From positions 19,318 to 83,317 of the forward strand of contig JBDLJD010000001.1 of the NCBI GenBank assembly GCA_039714495.1: a stretch of DNA of 64,000 bases, in the 5' to 3' direction. The notes beneath the pieces were generated by a model. The model searched no databases. It had not been told where the DNA came from and saw only the letters and a list, made by a program, of their open reading frames with translations. The position numbers and the translations under genes were made by a program. The stretch's first letter is position 1; every line of letters begins with the position of its first letter. Source of the stretch: Thermodesulfobacteriota bacterium. GTDB lineage: Bacteria; Desulfobacterota; Desulfobacteria; Desulfobacterales; B30-G6. Shown one piece after another: positions 47,673 to 57,261 of this stretch.

Positions 47673-49340
47673 ATGGAACAAGGCCGAGTATTGATCGCCA
47701 TCGCTCTTTCGTTCGCTGTTTTTTTGGTATGGAATTTTTTCTTTGTTGAAAAACCAGAAGTTGGGCAACAGCCAGCTGGAATGACAGAGCCTGCCGCGGA
47801 AAATCAGCCCGCATCCACCACTGCATCATCCAACGAGGCGCCGGAAAAGGCGTCTGATACCTTTGTTGCCGAGGAAAAGGCCAGTTCTAAGGAGGCTGCT
47901 GAGGCCAGGATCATTACTGTAAAAACACCTCTTTATACGGTTCACATCTCAGAGGATGGCGCGGTTTTTAAGGGTTTCGAACTTGAGAACTACAGGGAAA
48001 GTGCGGATAAGAACGCGGCCAGGAAAAGCCTGCTCGACCCGGAGATCAACAGCCAGAACATGAAGGTGTCTTTGGCCGGCAACGGTCTGCCCGGGCTTGA
48101 GACGGCGGTTTTTGAGGCAGACGATCCCGGCGACATGATCGCTGTGACCGACATGGAGCGTACGCTGACCTTTACCTGGCAGTCCGAAAGCGGTGTGGTC
48201 GTTGAAAAGCGGTTTACTTTTTCACCGGACACCTATCTGATCGACCTGGGGCTTGTTTTTAGAAACGGGTCAGGCAACGGCTTTACAGATCGTGCCATGG
48301 TTGAAATTCAGCATGCACTGCCGCAAAAGAAGGGCGGGTATGCCTTTGAGGGCCCCAGTGTCTTGCTTAACGGCAAGCTCGAGCAAATAAAAGTAAAGAA
48401 AATTGAGGACAACAACCGGCTCACTGGATCCTTAAGCTGGTTGGCCATCGAGGACCGTTATTTCATGCGCAGCCTCATTCCCGCCGAACCCGTGGACGGA
48501 ACCGTGAGGCTGGCCGTCAAGGACGAAGGTCTCGTTGTCGGTCAACTTCAACGTCCTGAACGTACGTTCCTGCCCGGGGAATCCGTGAGCTATGGCTACA
48601 AAGTGTATTTCGGCCCCAAAAGCATGCAGTTGTTGAACACCCTGGGCTACGACCTGGGCAAGGCTGTCCAGTTCGGTATGTTCAGTATTATTGCCAAACC
48701 GCTGCTGTGGTTTATGAACTTCATCTACAGTGTCATTCCAAACTACGGCATCGCCATCATCCTCCTGACCATTGTCACCAAAATTGTTTTGTGGCCGCTG
48801 GGAAATAAAAGCTACAAATCCATGAGTGAAATGAAAAAAATTCAGCCGCTCATGGGTGAAGTGAGGGAAAAGTACAAAAACGACAAGAAGCAGATGAACC
48901 AGGAATTGATGGCCCTTTACAAGACCTATAAGATCAACCCCATGGGTGGCTGTCTCCCCATGGTGTTGCAAATACCTGTTTTTTTTGCATTATATAGAAT
49001 GTTGTACTCCGCGATTGAATTACGGCATACACCATTCGTTCTGTGGATCAATGATTTGTCGGCTCCGGACCGGTTGTTCGAATTTGGTTTTTCCATTCCG
49101 TTTATGCAGCCGCCTTATGGAATACCGGTGTTGACCCTTGTTATGGGGGCTACCATGTTTCTGCAGCAAAAGATGTCACCAGCTCCGGGGGATCCAGCCC
49201 AGGCCAAAATGATGATGCTCATGCCCGTTGTATTCACGTTTATTTTCATCAACTTTTCGTCTGGTCTGGTTCTTTACTGGCTTGTCAATAATGTCCTGTC
49301 CATAGCTCAACAGTATTACATTCAGAAAAAATATGCCTAG
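47673..49340 (+). CDS. yidC: membrane protein insertase YidC
   Basis: 555 aa with a large periplasmic P1 domain, then GIAIILLTIVTKIVLWPL...KINPMGGCLPMVLQIPVFFALY. Confidence 0.95.
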   Translation: MEQGRVLIAIALSFAVFLVWNFFFVEKPEVGQQPAGMTEPAAENQPASTTASSNEAPEKASDTFVAEEKASSKEAAEARIITVKTPLYTVHISEDGAVFKGFELENYRESADKNAARKSLLDPEINSQNMKVSLAGNGLPGLETAVFEADDPGDMIAVTDMERTLTFTWQSESGVVVEKRFTFSPDTYLIDLGLVFRNGSGNGFTDRAMVEIQHALPQKKGGYAFEGPSVLLNGKLEQIKVKKIEDNNRLTGSLSWLAIEDRYFMRSLIPAEPVDGTVRLAVKDEGLVVGQLQRPERTFLPGESVSYGYKVYFGPKSMQLLNTLGYDLGKAVQFGMFSIIAKPLLWFMNFIYSVIPNYGIAIILLTIVTKIVLWPLGNKSYKSMSEMKKIQPLMGEVREKYKNDKKQMNQELMALYKTYKINPMGGCLPMVLQIPVFFALYRMLYSAIELRHTPFVLWINDLSAPDRLFEFGFSIPFMQPPYGIPVLTLVMGATMFLQQKMSPAPGDPAQAKMMMLMPVVFTFIFINFSSGLVLYWLVNNVLSIAQQYYIQKKYA

Positions 49341-49354
49341 TCAGGGAGGGATAG

Positions 49355-50134
49355 ATGGCGCCCATAGTCGAATTTGAAGGCAAAACCGTAGAAGGGGCGG
49401 TCAAAGAAGCGAGTGAAAAACTGAACATTCCAGTGCGAAAGCTAAAGCACGATGTCATTTCGCATGGTTCCACCGGGATTTTCGGGCTGGTAGGCGCAAA
49501 AAGGGCCAAAATTCGTGTCTCGGTCCCTGAAACCGACTTGCCGCAAGTGCCTGAAGTGTCACCGCCCCCCCCGCCAACGGAAGAAAATGAAGCCGTGTCC
49601 TTGGTGGAGGAAGCCTTTGAGACCCAGGAGGTCGAAGAAGATTGGGATGCGGTGGAAAAGATCGGCCTGGAGGCCCTGCAAAAACTGGTGGACTATATAA
49701 CCGCGGATGCCGCCATTGAATTCGACCGGAAAGAGGAAAAACTATTTTACAACATTGCCGGCGGCAATACAGCCGTTTTGATCGGCAAGCGGGGGCAGAC
49801 TCTGGAAGCCATGCAGTACCTGGTGGAAAAGATCGTAAACAAACGGAGTGAAAAACGGGTCCGGGTCGAAATCGATGTTGAGGGGTATCTCGAAAAGAAA
49901 AGAGAAAAGCTGAGAAGCCTGGCAATCAAGCTGGGCGAAAAGGTAAAGCAGACCAAGAAACCGGCCACGGTCGGCCAACTGAATGCCTATGACCGCAGAA
50001 TTGTTCACCTTGCCTTGAAAGCGGACGGTGAACTGCGAACCCACAGCATCGGTGAAGGATATTACCGCAAGTTGAAAATATTTCCCAAACAGCGCAGACG
50101 CAGAGGAAAAGGCGGCAAAACAGACACCAAATAG
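49355..50134 (+). CDS. jag: RNA-binding protein Jag/KhpB (Jag_N, KH and R3H)
   Basis: N-terminal VEFEGKTVEGAVKEASEKLN, KH-like VLIGKRGQTLEAMQYL, R3H LNAYDRRIVHLAL. Confidence 0.85.
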   Translation: MAPIVEFEGKTVEGAVKEASEKLNIPVRKLKHDVISHGSTGIFGLVGAKRAKIRVSVPETDLPQVPEVSPPPPPTEENEAVSLVEEAFETQEVEEDWDAVEKIGLEALQKLVDYITADAAIEFDRKEEKLFYNIAGGNTAVLIGKRGQTLEAMQYLVEKIVNKRSEKRVRVEIDVEGYLEKKREKLRSLAIKLGEKVKQTKKPATVGQLNAYDRRIVHLALKADGELRTHSIGEGYYRKLKIFPKQRRRRGKGGKTDTK

Positions 50135-50244
50135 GGGGACTGTCGGCCAGATAGTGTCCTTCATCACACCCAGCTATAAACGCCAGCGCGACGCATACAA
50201 AGAAGTCCAATCAGGCGAAGCGAATGTCCCCCACGGATTGAACA

Positions 50245-51633
50245 ATGGAACCAGCCACCATAGCCGCCATAGCAACGCCGCCGGGCAGCGGCGGTATTGG
50301 CATCATTAGAATATCGGGTACGGCGTGCCAGACCATTCTGACCGATATATTTCGCCCTTCAGGGAACCGGTCTGCGCAAGGGCCCATCTCTTCAACCCGG
50401 ATGCATTCACATCGCTTGTACATGGGGCATATTGTCGATTCCGGCAGCAACACCCGGGTGGACGAAGTGCTGGTGGTTGTCATGCGGTCCCCCAAATCAT
50501 ATACAACGGAAGATGTTGTCGAGATCCAATCCCACTCCGGATACATTGTTTTAAACAAGATTCTGAAGCTGGTGCTTGAGAAAGGGGCCCGCCTTGCTGA
50601 ACCGGGTGAGTTCACACGCCGGGCGTATATGAATGGCAGAATTGACCTGACCCAGGCCGAAGCCGTTATCGACATTATCAACGCCCGAACCGGTCGATCC
50701 CTGGATTTGGCTGCCGAACAACTCCAAGGCGAAATCGGTCGGCGGATTAACGCGATTCGGGACTCTATTCTGTCTGTGCTGGCCGAAATAGACGCGAACA
50801 TTGATTTTGCCGACGATATGGACGGGGCCGACATCGATTGGCAATGGGAGGAATCCATAAAAAATGATGTTGTGGACCCCCTTGACCGGTTGATCGCAGC
50901 CTATGAACAGAACCACTACTTTCGGGACGGGATCAGAATGGCCATCGTCGGAAGGCCCAATGTCGGTAAGTCGAGCCTCTTGAACCGGTTGACCCGCAAG
51001 GAAAGGGCGATTGTCACTGAGATTCCCGGCACCACCCGGGACACCATCGAAGAGATGATTAACATAAAAGGACTTCCGGTCATTCTCATCGACACCGCCG
51101 GTCTGCATGACACCACACAACAAATAGAAATGATAGGCATTGAACGCACGCATGCGACCATTAAGTCCGCAGATATCGTTCTTTTTGTGGTGGATTCCAG
51201 CCAGGGGGTCAAGCCGGACGATCACGCTATTTTTACACAACTCGGCGGGGTTAAGCACATTATCGTCATGAACAAGGTCGATTTGAACAGCAACATGGCG
51301 TTACCACCCGAGTGGGCGGAAAGCGCGATTGTCAGGGTTTCCGCCCTGGAGGGCACCCACATCCAAACGCTAAAAGAGACTATTTTTGACATGGGGGTTG
51401 GGCGGCAGCCGAATTCCAGCACATCCTCCATTGTGCCAAACCTGCGGCAGGCAGAAGGCCTGAAAAATGCCCGGCATCTAGCCTCCAATGCTATGGCCGT
51501 TATCCACCGCGAGCCTGAACTGGCAGCCGTGGATCTCAAGGAGGCAATGGGAGCGCTGGATCGTATCTTAGGGTTAAGCTCCAGCGAAGATGTGCTTGAC
51601 CGGATTTTCAGCCAATTTTGTATCGGCAAATAA
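50245..51633 (+). CDS. mnmE: tRNA uridine-5-carboxymethylaminomethyl modification GTPase MnmE
   Basis: TIAAIATPPGSGGIGIIRISG, G-domain GRPNVGKSSLLN / DTAG / NKVD, C-terminal FCIGK. Confidence 0.95.
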   Translation: MEPATIAAIATPPGSGGIGIIRISGTACQTILTDIFRPSGNRSAQGPISSTRMHSHRLYMGHIVDSGSNTRVDEVLVVVMRSPKSYTTEDVVEIQSHSGYIVLNKILKLVLEKGARLAEPGEFTRRAYMNGRIDLTQAEAVIDIINARTGRSLDLAAEQLQGEIGRRINAIRDSILSVLAEIDANIDFADDMDGADIDWQWEESIKNDVVDPLDRLIAAYEQNHYFRDGIRMAIVGRPNVGKSSLLNRLTRKERAIVTEIPGTTRDTIEEMINIKGLPVILIDTAGLHDTTQQIEMIGIERTHATIKSADIVLFVVDSSQGVKPDDHAIFTQLGGVKHIIVMNKVDLNSNMALPPEWAESAIVRVSALEGTHIQTLKETIFDMGVGRQPNSSTSSIVPNLRQAEGLKNARHLASNAMAVIHREPELAAVDLKEAMGALDRILGLSSSEDVLDRIFSQFCIGK

Positions 51634-51666
51634 TGTTTCACGTGAAACAATTTAAGGAGACAGGTC

Positions 51667-52356
51667 ATGGGTATAGATTTCGAGCCATTTTTTAAGGAAT
51701 ATGAAGCGTTGTTGGCGTTGGCGGATAAAACGTTCGAAAAGGTACGGCAGGATTTTCCTGATCTGGTAAAATGCAAGAACGGGTGCGCAGACTGCTGTTA
51801 TGCGTTGTTTGATCTGCCCCTCATCGAGGCTCTTTACATCAACTATCACTTTAACCGTACCTTCAAGGGACAGCAAAAAGAAGCTTTGCTGGAAGCAATC
51901 AATCAGATCGACCGCCGGATACATAAACTAAAAAGGACAGCCAACCAGAGCCTGGAGGCCGGTACGCCCGAGGAGGAGATTTTGACGGAACTGGCCGCAG
52001 CAAGGGTCCGGTGCCCTCTGCTCAACGACCAGGACCAGTGCGACCTTTACGGTTTTCGCCCCATCACCTGTCGTTTGTACGGAATTCCCACCCAGATCGG
52101 CGGGAAAGGGCACACCTGCAGATTGTCGGGATTCAAGGCCGGGGAATCGTATCCTACGGTGAACATCGACATCCTTCAAAAAAAGCTGTTCCAGTTATCA
52201 GAGCGGTTTGCCAGGGTCGTTAAATCCAGGTATGGTGGGTTGGGCGAAATTCTTGTACCTTTATCCATGGCGCTCTTAACTGATTATGATGAAACCTACC
52301 TGGGCATTAAGGCCGAGGGCGGAGCCACGGAAGACAACCCCACGGATGCTGAATAG
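51667..52356 (+). CDS. YkgJ/UPF0153-family Cys-cluster (putative Fe-S/Zn) protein
   Basis: CKNGCADCC ... RCPLLNDQDQCDLYGFRPITCRLYG. Confidence 0.75.
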   Translation: MGIDFEPFFKEYEALLALADKTFEKVRQDFPDLVKCKNGCADCCYALFDLPLIEALYINYHFNRTFKGQQKEALLEAINQIDRRIHKLKRTANQSLEAGTPEEEILTELAAARVRCPLLNDQDQCDLYGFRPITCRLYGIPTQIGGKGHTCRLSGFKAGESYPTVNIDILQKKLFQLSERFARVVKSRYGGLGEILVPLSMALLTDYDETYLGIKAEGGATEDNPTDAE

Positions 52357-52364
52357 GAGGCGAC

Positions 52365-52712
52365 ATGGTTGATAATTCCAAAGCGGATGAAGATCGGAAA
52401 AAAGCCATATTCGATGCCATGGGCCCTCGCAACCAAAAGGCGATATTGAAAAGGGGGTATGACAAGTGGGACCCGTTTCAGGAACCCAAGGATCCCATCG
52501 ATATCCGCAAAGACAAGTCCAAGAGGACCACCCAGATGCTGGTCAGGGAATTTTTGCAGAGCCGTAGCAGCGAAGAATACAGCTCGGCCTATGGGCGAGG
52601 TGTGTTGGAGCTGGCTCTCGGGATCGTCAACGACGAGGACCGCTTCCGGGGAATGTATGAGTTTTCCTGCTGGTATCGGGATTTGTTGATCCGTGAAGGC
52701 CACCAAGAGTAA
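52365..52712 (+). CDS. hypothetical protein
   Basis: 115-aa ORF 8 nt after the ykgJ-like stop, followed by a terminator. No motif recognised. Confidence 0.5.
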   Translation: MVDNSKADEDRKKAIFDAMGPRNQKAILKRGYDKWDPFQEPKDPIDIRKDKSKRTTQMLVREFLQSRSSEEYSSAYGRGVLELALGIVNDEDRFRGMYEFSCWYRDLLIREGHQE

Positions 52713-52737
52713 AAGAATCGCCAACGACGATTCTTTT
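52712..52737 (+). terminator. intrinsic terminator after the mnmE-ykgJ-hypothetical unit
   Basis: aaagaatcg-ccaacga-cgattcttt followed by t. The stem ends in a T tract. Confidence 0.7.
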
Positions 52738-53048
52738 ACGAAACGCGACTGCGTCGCTATTATTACATAAAGGTCATCAACGTTTAGATCTATTCGGTTG
52801 CCCTGGTACGGCTCAATACATTATTCAATATAGATTTTGGCCCTCTATATGACGCATTTCTTGTGCCTGAAATAAGAAAATACCACTATATATAGTATAA
52901 TCAGCTGAATTACTGCGCGTATGTGGCATCTTGGCTATCGAGAAGCAAGGGTTGAGGATTTGGTTCTTGGATATAAAGTTTTCTTGTGAAATCTTATTAC
53001 ATATAATAGCGGCGAAACCGCGGTACGTAAAAATTGTCCAGGCAATTT

Positions 53049-54482
53049 TTACGCGGAGAGCCACTCTTCCAGCCTGTGGTGCTGAACCGTACACGCCGAA
53101 ACAGGGTTCCACTGGCATTGGGCACTGACTTCAATCCCTTCCTGAATGGTTGATACCGGCCTGTCCGAGGATACCACCACGACAATGAGGTTGCGGTGTT
53201 CGGCGGTAAACCGCAAAGCTGAGTTGAAGCGGGCTCCCCTGGCCCGGTCTTCGCCGGGTATGCTGCGCCCGTCCAACAGGCAGGCGAAGGCATGCAGTTT
53301 GAGATCCCGGCAGATGTGCAGGGCCCCGTCAACCTTAGCAAGGGATTTGGCAAGTTCGAGGTAGTTCAATTGCCTGAGGTCAATGGGTCGCTCCAGTTTC
53401 TGGCCGGACAGGGCGACCGGATCATCGTTTAAATCCAGAATGAGCGTGCACCCGAATTTTCCGTTTTCTGCAAAGTGGGCCAGGCTGCAGACAATTTTGA
53501 AGAGAAAGCTGCTGCGTTCGGGGTCCAGGTCGGATTCCAGGAGCATTTCCTCCACGTGAACCAGTTTAGCCTGGTGGGTGGTGGAACGGAAGCTTCCGTC
53601 AGAAAAGCTGCAGGCGGTTTCTCTATTCAGCCGGATAAATCCATGCCGGCCGTTAAACTGGGCATGGATGCAGAACTCATTGATATAGTCCTCGGATATC
53701 CCTAGAATGGTCTGACCTTGCGAAACGAGTTTGCGGTCGGAATTTTCAACGGCCAGCAGCAGTTTACGGACATGTTTGAAATTATTGATGCTGGGTTGTT
53801 CCATTTCCGGAAAACTGGTGACGAACCCGATGTTCGATAGCGCTCTTTTTTCCATAAACACCAGCTCGCCCCTGGGCCAGGCCCCCTCTTCGCGCGTATT
53901 GCCGATGCCGAGGATGGTGTCGAGAATGGGGTACACCCTCAACTGCGTATCCCAGCCAAGCTTTACATTCATTTCATCCACGATGAAATCCCGCACCGCA
54001 TGGGCGGCGTATTCCCTGAGAAAGCTGCCGGATATTCCGGTATAAAGCTCCTGGTTGTTGGCAATATCCTGTGAGAAACGCCAGGCAGCGTGTTCGAGCC
54101 ACCTTTCGGTGGGACCGATGGAGCACATGTCCGGGTGGTGTTCCGTAAACCACATCTGATAAAATACCGAGTTGGATCTCCCGCCAAATGAGATCAGCCC
54201 GGCCATCTGCAGGTTTTTTTCGGGCACCATGTGAAAGGTGCCGTTTTGTATAAAGTAGTGCCCGCCATTGCCTTGCCAGTCAAGGTTGTCCAGGTAAATT
54301 TCCTTGAAGCGGGGTTCGTGGCCGCGTAAAAGGTTTTGGGGGTCATAGATATGAACCGGCTCATCCGGTGACAAGGCATAAATGACCGCCGCCCGACTGG
54401 GGCCCGAGAAGTGAGAAAGGCCGTCACGCAGACCGTCGGCCAAGTCCGCCAGACAATTGCAGATGAACGTGGATTCATTCAT
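53049..54482 (-). CDS. protein with C-terminal degenerate diadenylate-cyclase (DAC/DisA_N)-like domain and ~320-aa unknown N-terminal region
   Basis: Residues ~325-450 are colinear with CdaA/DisA DAC domains: GKFGCTLILD (cf. IGALIVIE), KVDGALHI (cf. HDGAVI), RGARFNSALRFTAEHRNLIVVVVSSDRPVSTI (cf. GTRHRAALGISE.TDA..IVVSEETG.IS). DGA is retained and RHR is replaced by ARF. Confidence 0.6.
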   Translation of the reverse strand: MNESTFICNCLADLADGLRDGLSHFSGPSRAAVIYALSPDEPVHIYDPQNLLRGHEPRFKEIYLDNLDWQGNGGHYFIQNGTFHMVPEKNLQMAGLISFGGRSNSVFYQMWFTEHHPDMCSIGPTERWLEHAAWRFSQDIANNQELYTGISGSFLREYAAHAVRDFIVDEMNVKLGWDTQLRVYPILDTILGIGNTREEGAWPRGELVFMEKRALSNIGFVTSFPEMEQPSINNFKHVRKLLLAVENSDRKLVSQGQTILGISEDYINEFCIHAQFNGRHGFIRLNRETACSFSDGSFRSTTHQAKLVHVEEMLLESDLDPERSSFLFKIVCSLAHFAENGKFGCTLILDLNDDPVALSGQKLERPIDLRQLNYLELAKSLAKVDGALHICRDLKLHAFACLLDGRSIPGEDRARGARFNSALRFTAEHRNLIVVVVSSDRPVSTIQEGIEVSAQCQWNPVSACTVQHHRLEEWLSA

Positions 54483-54486
54483 AAAT

Positions 54487-54641
54487 TATACCGGTTGTCA
54501 TAAATGTTCCGATACAAACTTGGTTTATCATAAGGAATATTTTTTCGAGGCAGTCAAATCGTCAAAAAGCATGACAACCGCTATAACCCATAGCATGATT
54601 CTTACAAATTTTCATGCTCTATTACATTATAGCATTTGTCA
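54487..54641 (-). promoter_or_regulatory. 5' leader with three copies of a TGACAA-N4-TATA motif in alternating orientation (upstream of the DAC-like gene)
   Basis: Plus strand: tataccggttgtcat (54487-54501), atgacaaccgctata (54571-54585), tatagcatttgtca (54628-54641). The first lies 5 nt from the start codon. Confidence 0.55.
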
Positions 54642-54809
54642 CCAATACGTTCCGAATGTCTTAAGAGCTATACCTCTCGTCGAGATGCTGAACCGGAACA
54701 TATTTAGGGCAATCGGTATAGAAACATGTATAGGCTCTGACAATGATAAAGGTTTCTGATGATGGGAAAGGGAGCCTGATTTCAAAGATGGCGGACTGTT
54801 TTTAATGTG

Positions 54810-55676
54810 TTAGAGAGATGTGATGAAATCGAGGATAACCTGGGCGACATCTTTGGGCTTTTCCATGGGTACAAAATGACTGTTTTCCTCGAAACAGACG
54901 AACCTGGCCCGGGGCAGCGCCGTTTTAAACTGTTTGGCTGCCTGTTCTCGAAAGGTGTCTGATCGGCCGCCGTAAACAACCAATATGGGTTGCTTAATGC
55001 GGGGGATGAAGCGCCAAAGGTCATGCGGGTAAACGGAAAAACAGCGGGATTCCCAGGCCGGGGTGCAGCTGAGCCGGATCTGTTCATCACCATTGCCCTG
55101 GGTGCCGTCTTTAAGATAACCGTCCAGGCAGGCCGGGTCCCAACTGCGGAACATACTCTTTTTTCGGTACGCCGCATGGATGGTCGCCAGATCCGGCCAG
55201 ACATCCCTCCTTTTGGCTGCCCGCGAGGCAATCGGTATGAAGCGTATTAATCCGGTCTTTTTGAGGAGATAGATATACCCCATGGCGGATTTTGACAAAA
55301 TGGTAGGGTCAATGAGCACCAGGGCCTTGACAAGATCGGGCCTTCTATAAGCCAGGCGCAGGCTGGAAACCGCTCCCCGGGAATGTCCCATGGCCACGAA
55401 AGGGGCGTCAAAGCTGTCAAAAAAGCGTTCCATGTCACGTGCAAAAATATCCCATTCCTTTAAGCGGGCAGTATCGGCAGCGGCTGTGGTTCGGCCGTGC
55501 CCGCGGTCATCCATCCCCAGAACATGTAGATTTCCGGTCAGATGTTGGACAAGCGGTGCATACACGGCGGCACAAAGTCCTGTGGCATGTGAAAAATGGG
55601 CCAGTTGATGGCGGCCGCCCCAGTCAATGTAATGAAAATCGCCGCCGCGGCCATGGTACTGGCAATTTTCTTTCAT
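54810..55676 (-). CDS. alpha/beta-fold hydrolase
   Basis: 288 aa with nucleophile elbow AMGHSRGA and a HG-type oxyanion region. ATGA overlap with the upstream ORF. Confidence 0.8.
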   Translation of the reverse strand: MKENCQYHGRGGDFHYIDWGGRHQLAHFSHATGLCAAVYAPLVQHLTGNLHVLGMDDRGHGRTTAAADTARLKEWDIFARDMERFFDSFDAPFVAMGHSRGAVSSLRLAYRRPDLVKALVLIDPTILSKSAMGYIYLLKKTGLIRFIPIASRAAKRRDVWPDLATIHAAYRKKSMFRSWDPACLDGYLKDGTQGNGDEQIRLSCTPAWESRCFSVYPHDLWRFIPRIKQPILVVYGGRSDTFREQAAKQFKTALPRARFVCFEENSHFVPMEKPKDVAQVILDFITSL

Positions 55677-56200
55677 GGTTCAGAAACCCAGTTTTTCAGT
55701 TCCGGGATGAGTTTTTCCTTCCAGGCCGGCGAAACCCTCAAATGGATGAAGGTATTGAAAAGAAAATCCTTGTACTGCAGGATCTGTTCGAGGAGGTAGG
55801 CCTTTTCCAGAACGGCGCCCTCGGTATCCTCGAGGGTATCTACCGGGCCGCGCTGAGGGGTTTTCAGGTTGGTGATGGCGAAGCTTTCACCTTTAAGGGT
55901 GAACTGCCACTCTTGTTCATTGAATTTGTAAACCAGGTTGATTTCCGTGACCAGCGCACCGTTTTTAAGCGATAAAAGTGCTGCATCGAGATTCGGGTCG
56001 TCTCCCTTGATGGTAATGCTTTCGGTTTTGTCTTTGGTAAAGTTCTCCAGGACGATGCGGTTGCCGATGCTGATGGAACCGGAATCGCCGCTTTGGGACT
56101 GCAGCGATCCAGGGGAACGTTCAATGGCAAACCAGAGCCAGGTCAGAAATTCATACCCGATAAATTTGTAGCGGTTGTAGGCAACGGCGATGTCCAGCAT
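55673..56200 (-). CDS. hypothetical protein (co-operonic with the RdgC-like gene)
   Basis: 175-aa ORF starting 3 nt after the upstream stop. No confident motif. Confidence 0.55.
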   Translation of the reverse strand: MLDIAVAYNRYKFIGYEFLTWLWFAIERSPGSLQSQSGDSGSISIGNRIVLENFTKDKTESITIKGDDPNLDAALLSLKNGALVTEINLVYKFNEQEWQFTLKGESFAITNLKTPQRGPVDTLEDTEGAVLEKAYLLEQILQYKDFLFNTFIHLRVSPAWKEKLIPELKNWVSEP

Positions 56201-56203
56201 GGT

Positions 56204-56818
56204 TTACTCCATTAGGTTGCTCGGCGCGAGCCGGTTAAAGGTATCATATTCTTCACCGGACAGCTTCCCGTAAAACTCGGCCATGGTGTATGGGAACAAC
56301 CGGATCAGTTTCAGGTGGAACGAGGTTAGAAAGAAGGTTTCCAGCTCCTCGCAGGCACTCTTCAAATTGGTGAAAAACCACAGGCTTTCCTCCTCGTGGT
56401 TCCAGAGGAGGTTGTAGATGTTCGGTGTGGCCGGTATGCGCAGGGTAAGCAGGTTGATGACATGCTCCTTGAGCATCTTTTTTTCATTCCTGGACAAAAA
56501 CTCGCGCCCGGAAGCTTTGAGCTTTTTAAAAAGCTCTATGGCATAGTATTTCTGTATGACTTTGGCCGGGATCGTTTTTTTATCGATACGCAAAGAGAAA
56601 AGAAAATACGTTCCAATGGTAAAGCTAGATCCCTCGAAGGTTGGTACAAACGGCTCATGGAAGGCGGTCCAGCCAATGGCCCTTTCTGCGGCATTATCGT
56701 CGATGTCGGAAATGGCATTGCGGGTAAGACCGGCATAAATGTTCTCCATGACCGGGTTTTCCAGTTTACCCTCTACGCGGTAGCGGGTCAGGGATGTGCT
56801 TGCGGATAGAAACCCCAT
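56204..56818 (-). CDS. RdgC-like (recombination-associated) protein, short form
   Basis: 204 aa, loosely colinear with the N-terminal two thirds of E. coli RdgC (LRIDKKTIPAKVIQKY...LSRNEKKMLKEHVINLL vs ARKEEKILPSPVIKQA...LKKTEKDSLKDEVLHSLL). Confidence 0.5.
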   Translation of the reverse strand: MGFLSASTSLTRYRVEGKLENPVMENIYAGLTRNAISDIDDNAAERAIGWTAFHEPFVPTFEGSSFTIGTYFLFSLRIDKKTIPAKVIQKYYAIELFKKLKASGREFLSRNEKKMLKEHVINLLTLRIPATPNIYNLLWNHEEESLWFFTNLKSACEELETFFLTSFHLKLIRLFPYTMAEFYGKLSGEEYDTFNRLAPSNLME

Positions 56819-56838
56819 ATTGAATTCCTTTCACAAAT

Positions 56839-56872
56839 GAAATCTCCGCACGGCAAGCCGCGCGGAGATTTC
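56839..56872. terminator. 11-bp-stem hairpin downstream of the ABM gene
   Basis: gaaatctccgc-N12-gcggagatttc. Confidence 0.55.
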
Positions 56873-56948
56873 ACTTGTTATCGTAAGATATCAAGAGTGA
56901 TATTCATAGCTTTTCCCGGAGGTACTTACAAGGGAAAAATCGAATATG

Positions 56949-57251
56949 CTATTGGCTGAACCCTGTACCCACCACATACGCCTCGTATTGGGTCGGTACA
57001 TTCTGATAGACTTCAAGCAGGGATTCCAGACGAATCCTTTGACCATTGGATTTCCAGTTGTTCCAATCTTCCAGGGTCTGCCAGGTCGAGATGACCAGCA
57101 TTTTGCTCGGATTTTCAGGTTCCATGAGCGTCAGCCCCGAGAGGTAGCCGCCCTGGCCCATGGCAGCCGAGCGCATATCGTTGAGCAGGGCAACAATTTC
57201 TTGGGCGTGTCCGGGCTTAAATTGTCTTTTGATGAGGACTTTGGCAAGCAT
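56949..57251 (-). CDS. antibiotic-biosynthesis-monooxygenase (ABM) domain protein
   Basis: 100 aa with a ferredoxin-like ABM pattern (MLAKVLIKRQFKPG...LVISTWQTLEDWNNWKSN). Confidence 0.75.
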   Translation of the reverse strand: MLAKVLIKRQFKPGHAQEIVALLNDMRSAAMGQGGYLSGLTLMEPENPSKMLVISTWQTLEDWNNWKSNGQRIRLESLLEVYQNVPTQYEAYVVGTGFSQ

Positions 57252-57261
57252 TTTAACCCCC

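Noticed and set aside
50211-51258. Two long minus-strand ORFs (215 and 235 aa)
   Set aside because: Both are antisense to mnmE, which carries all G-domain motifs and the FCIGK C-terminus.
53026-53053. 11-bp perfect hairpin (cgtaaaaattg-tccagg-caatttttacg) as the terminator of the DAC-like gene
   Set aside because: It is not listed as a terminator feature because on the transcribed strand the stem is followed by UACCGCGG rather than a U-tract. It may still be a stabilising 3' hairpin.
56198-56206. Possible stop-codon recoding or selenocysteine joining the 204-aa and 175-aa ORFs
   Set aside because: The stop is TAA, not TGA. The downstream ORF has its own ATG 3 nt later, so these are ordinary coupled genes.
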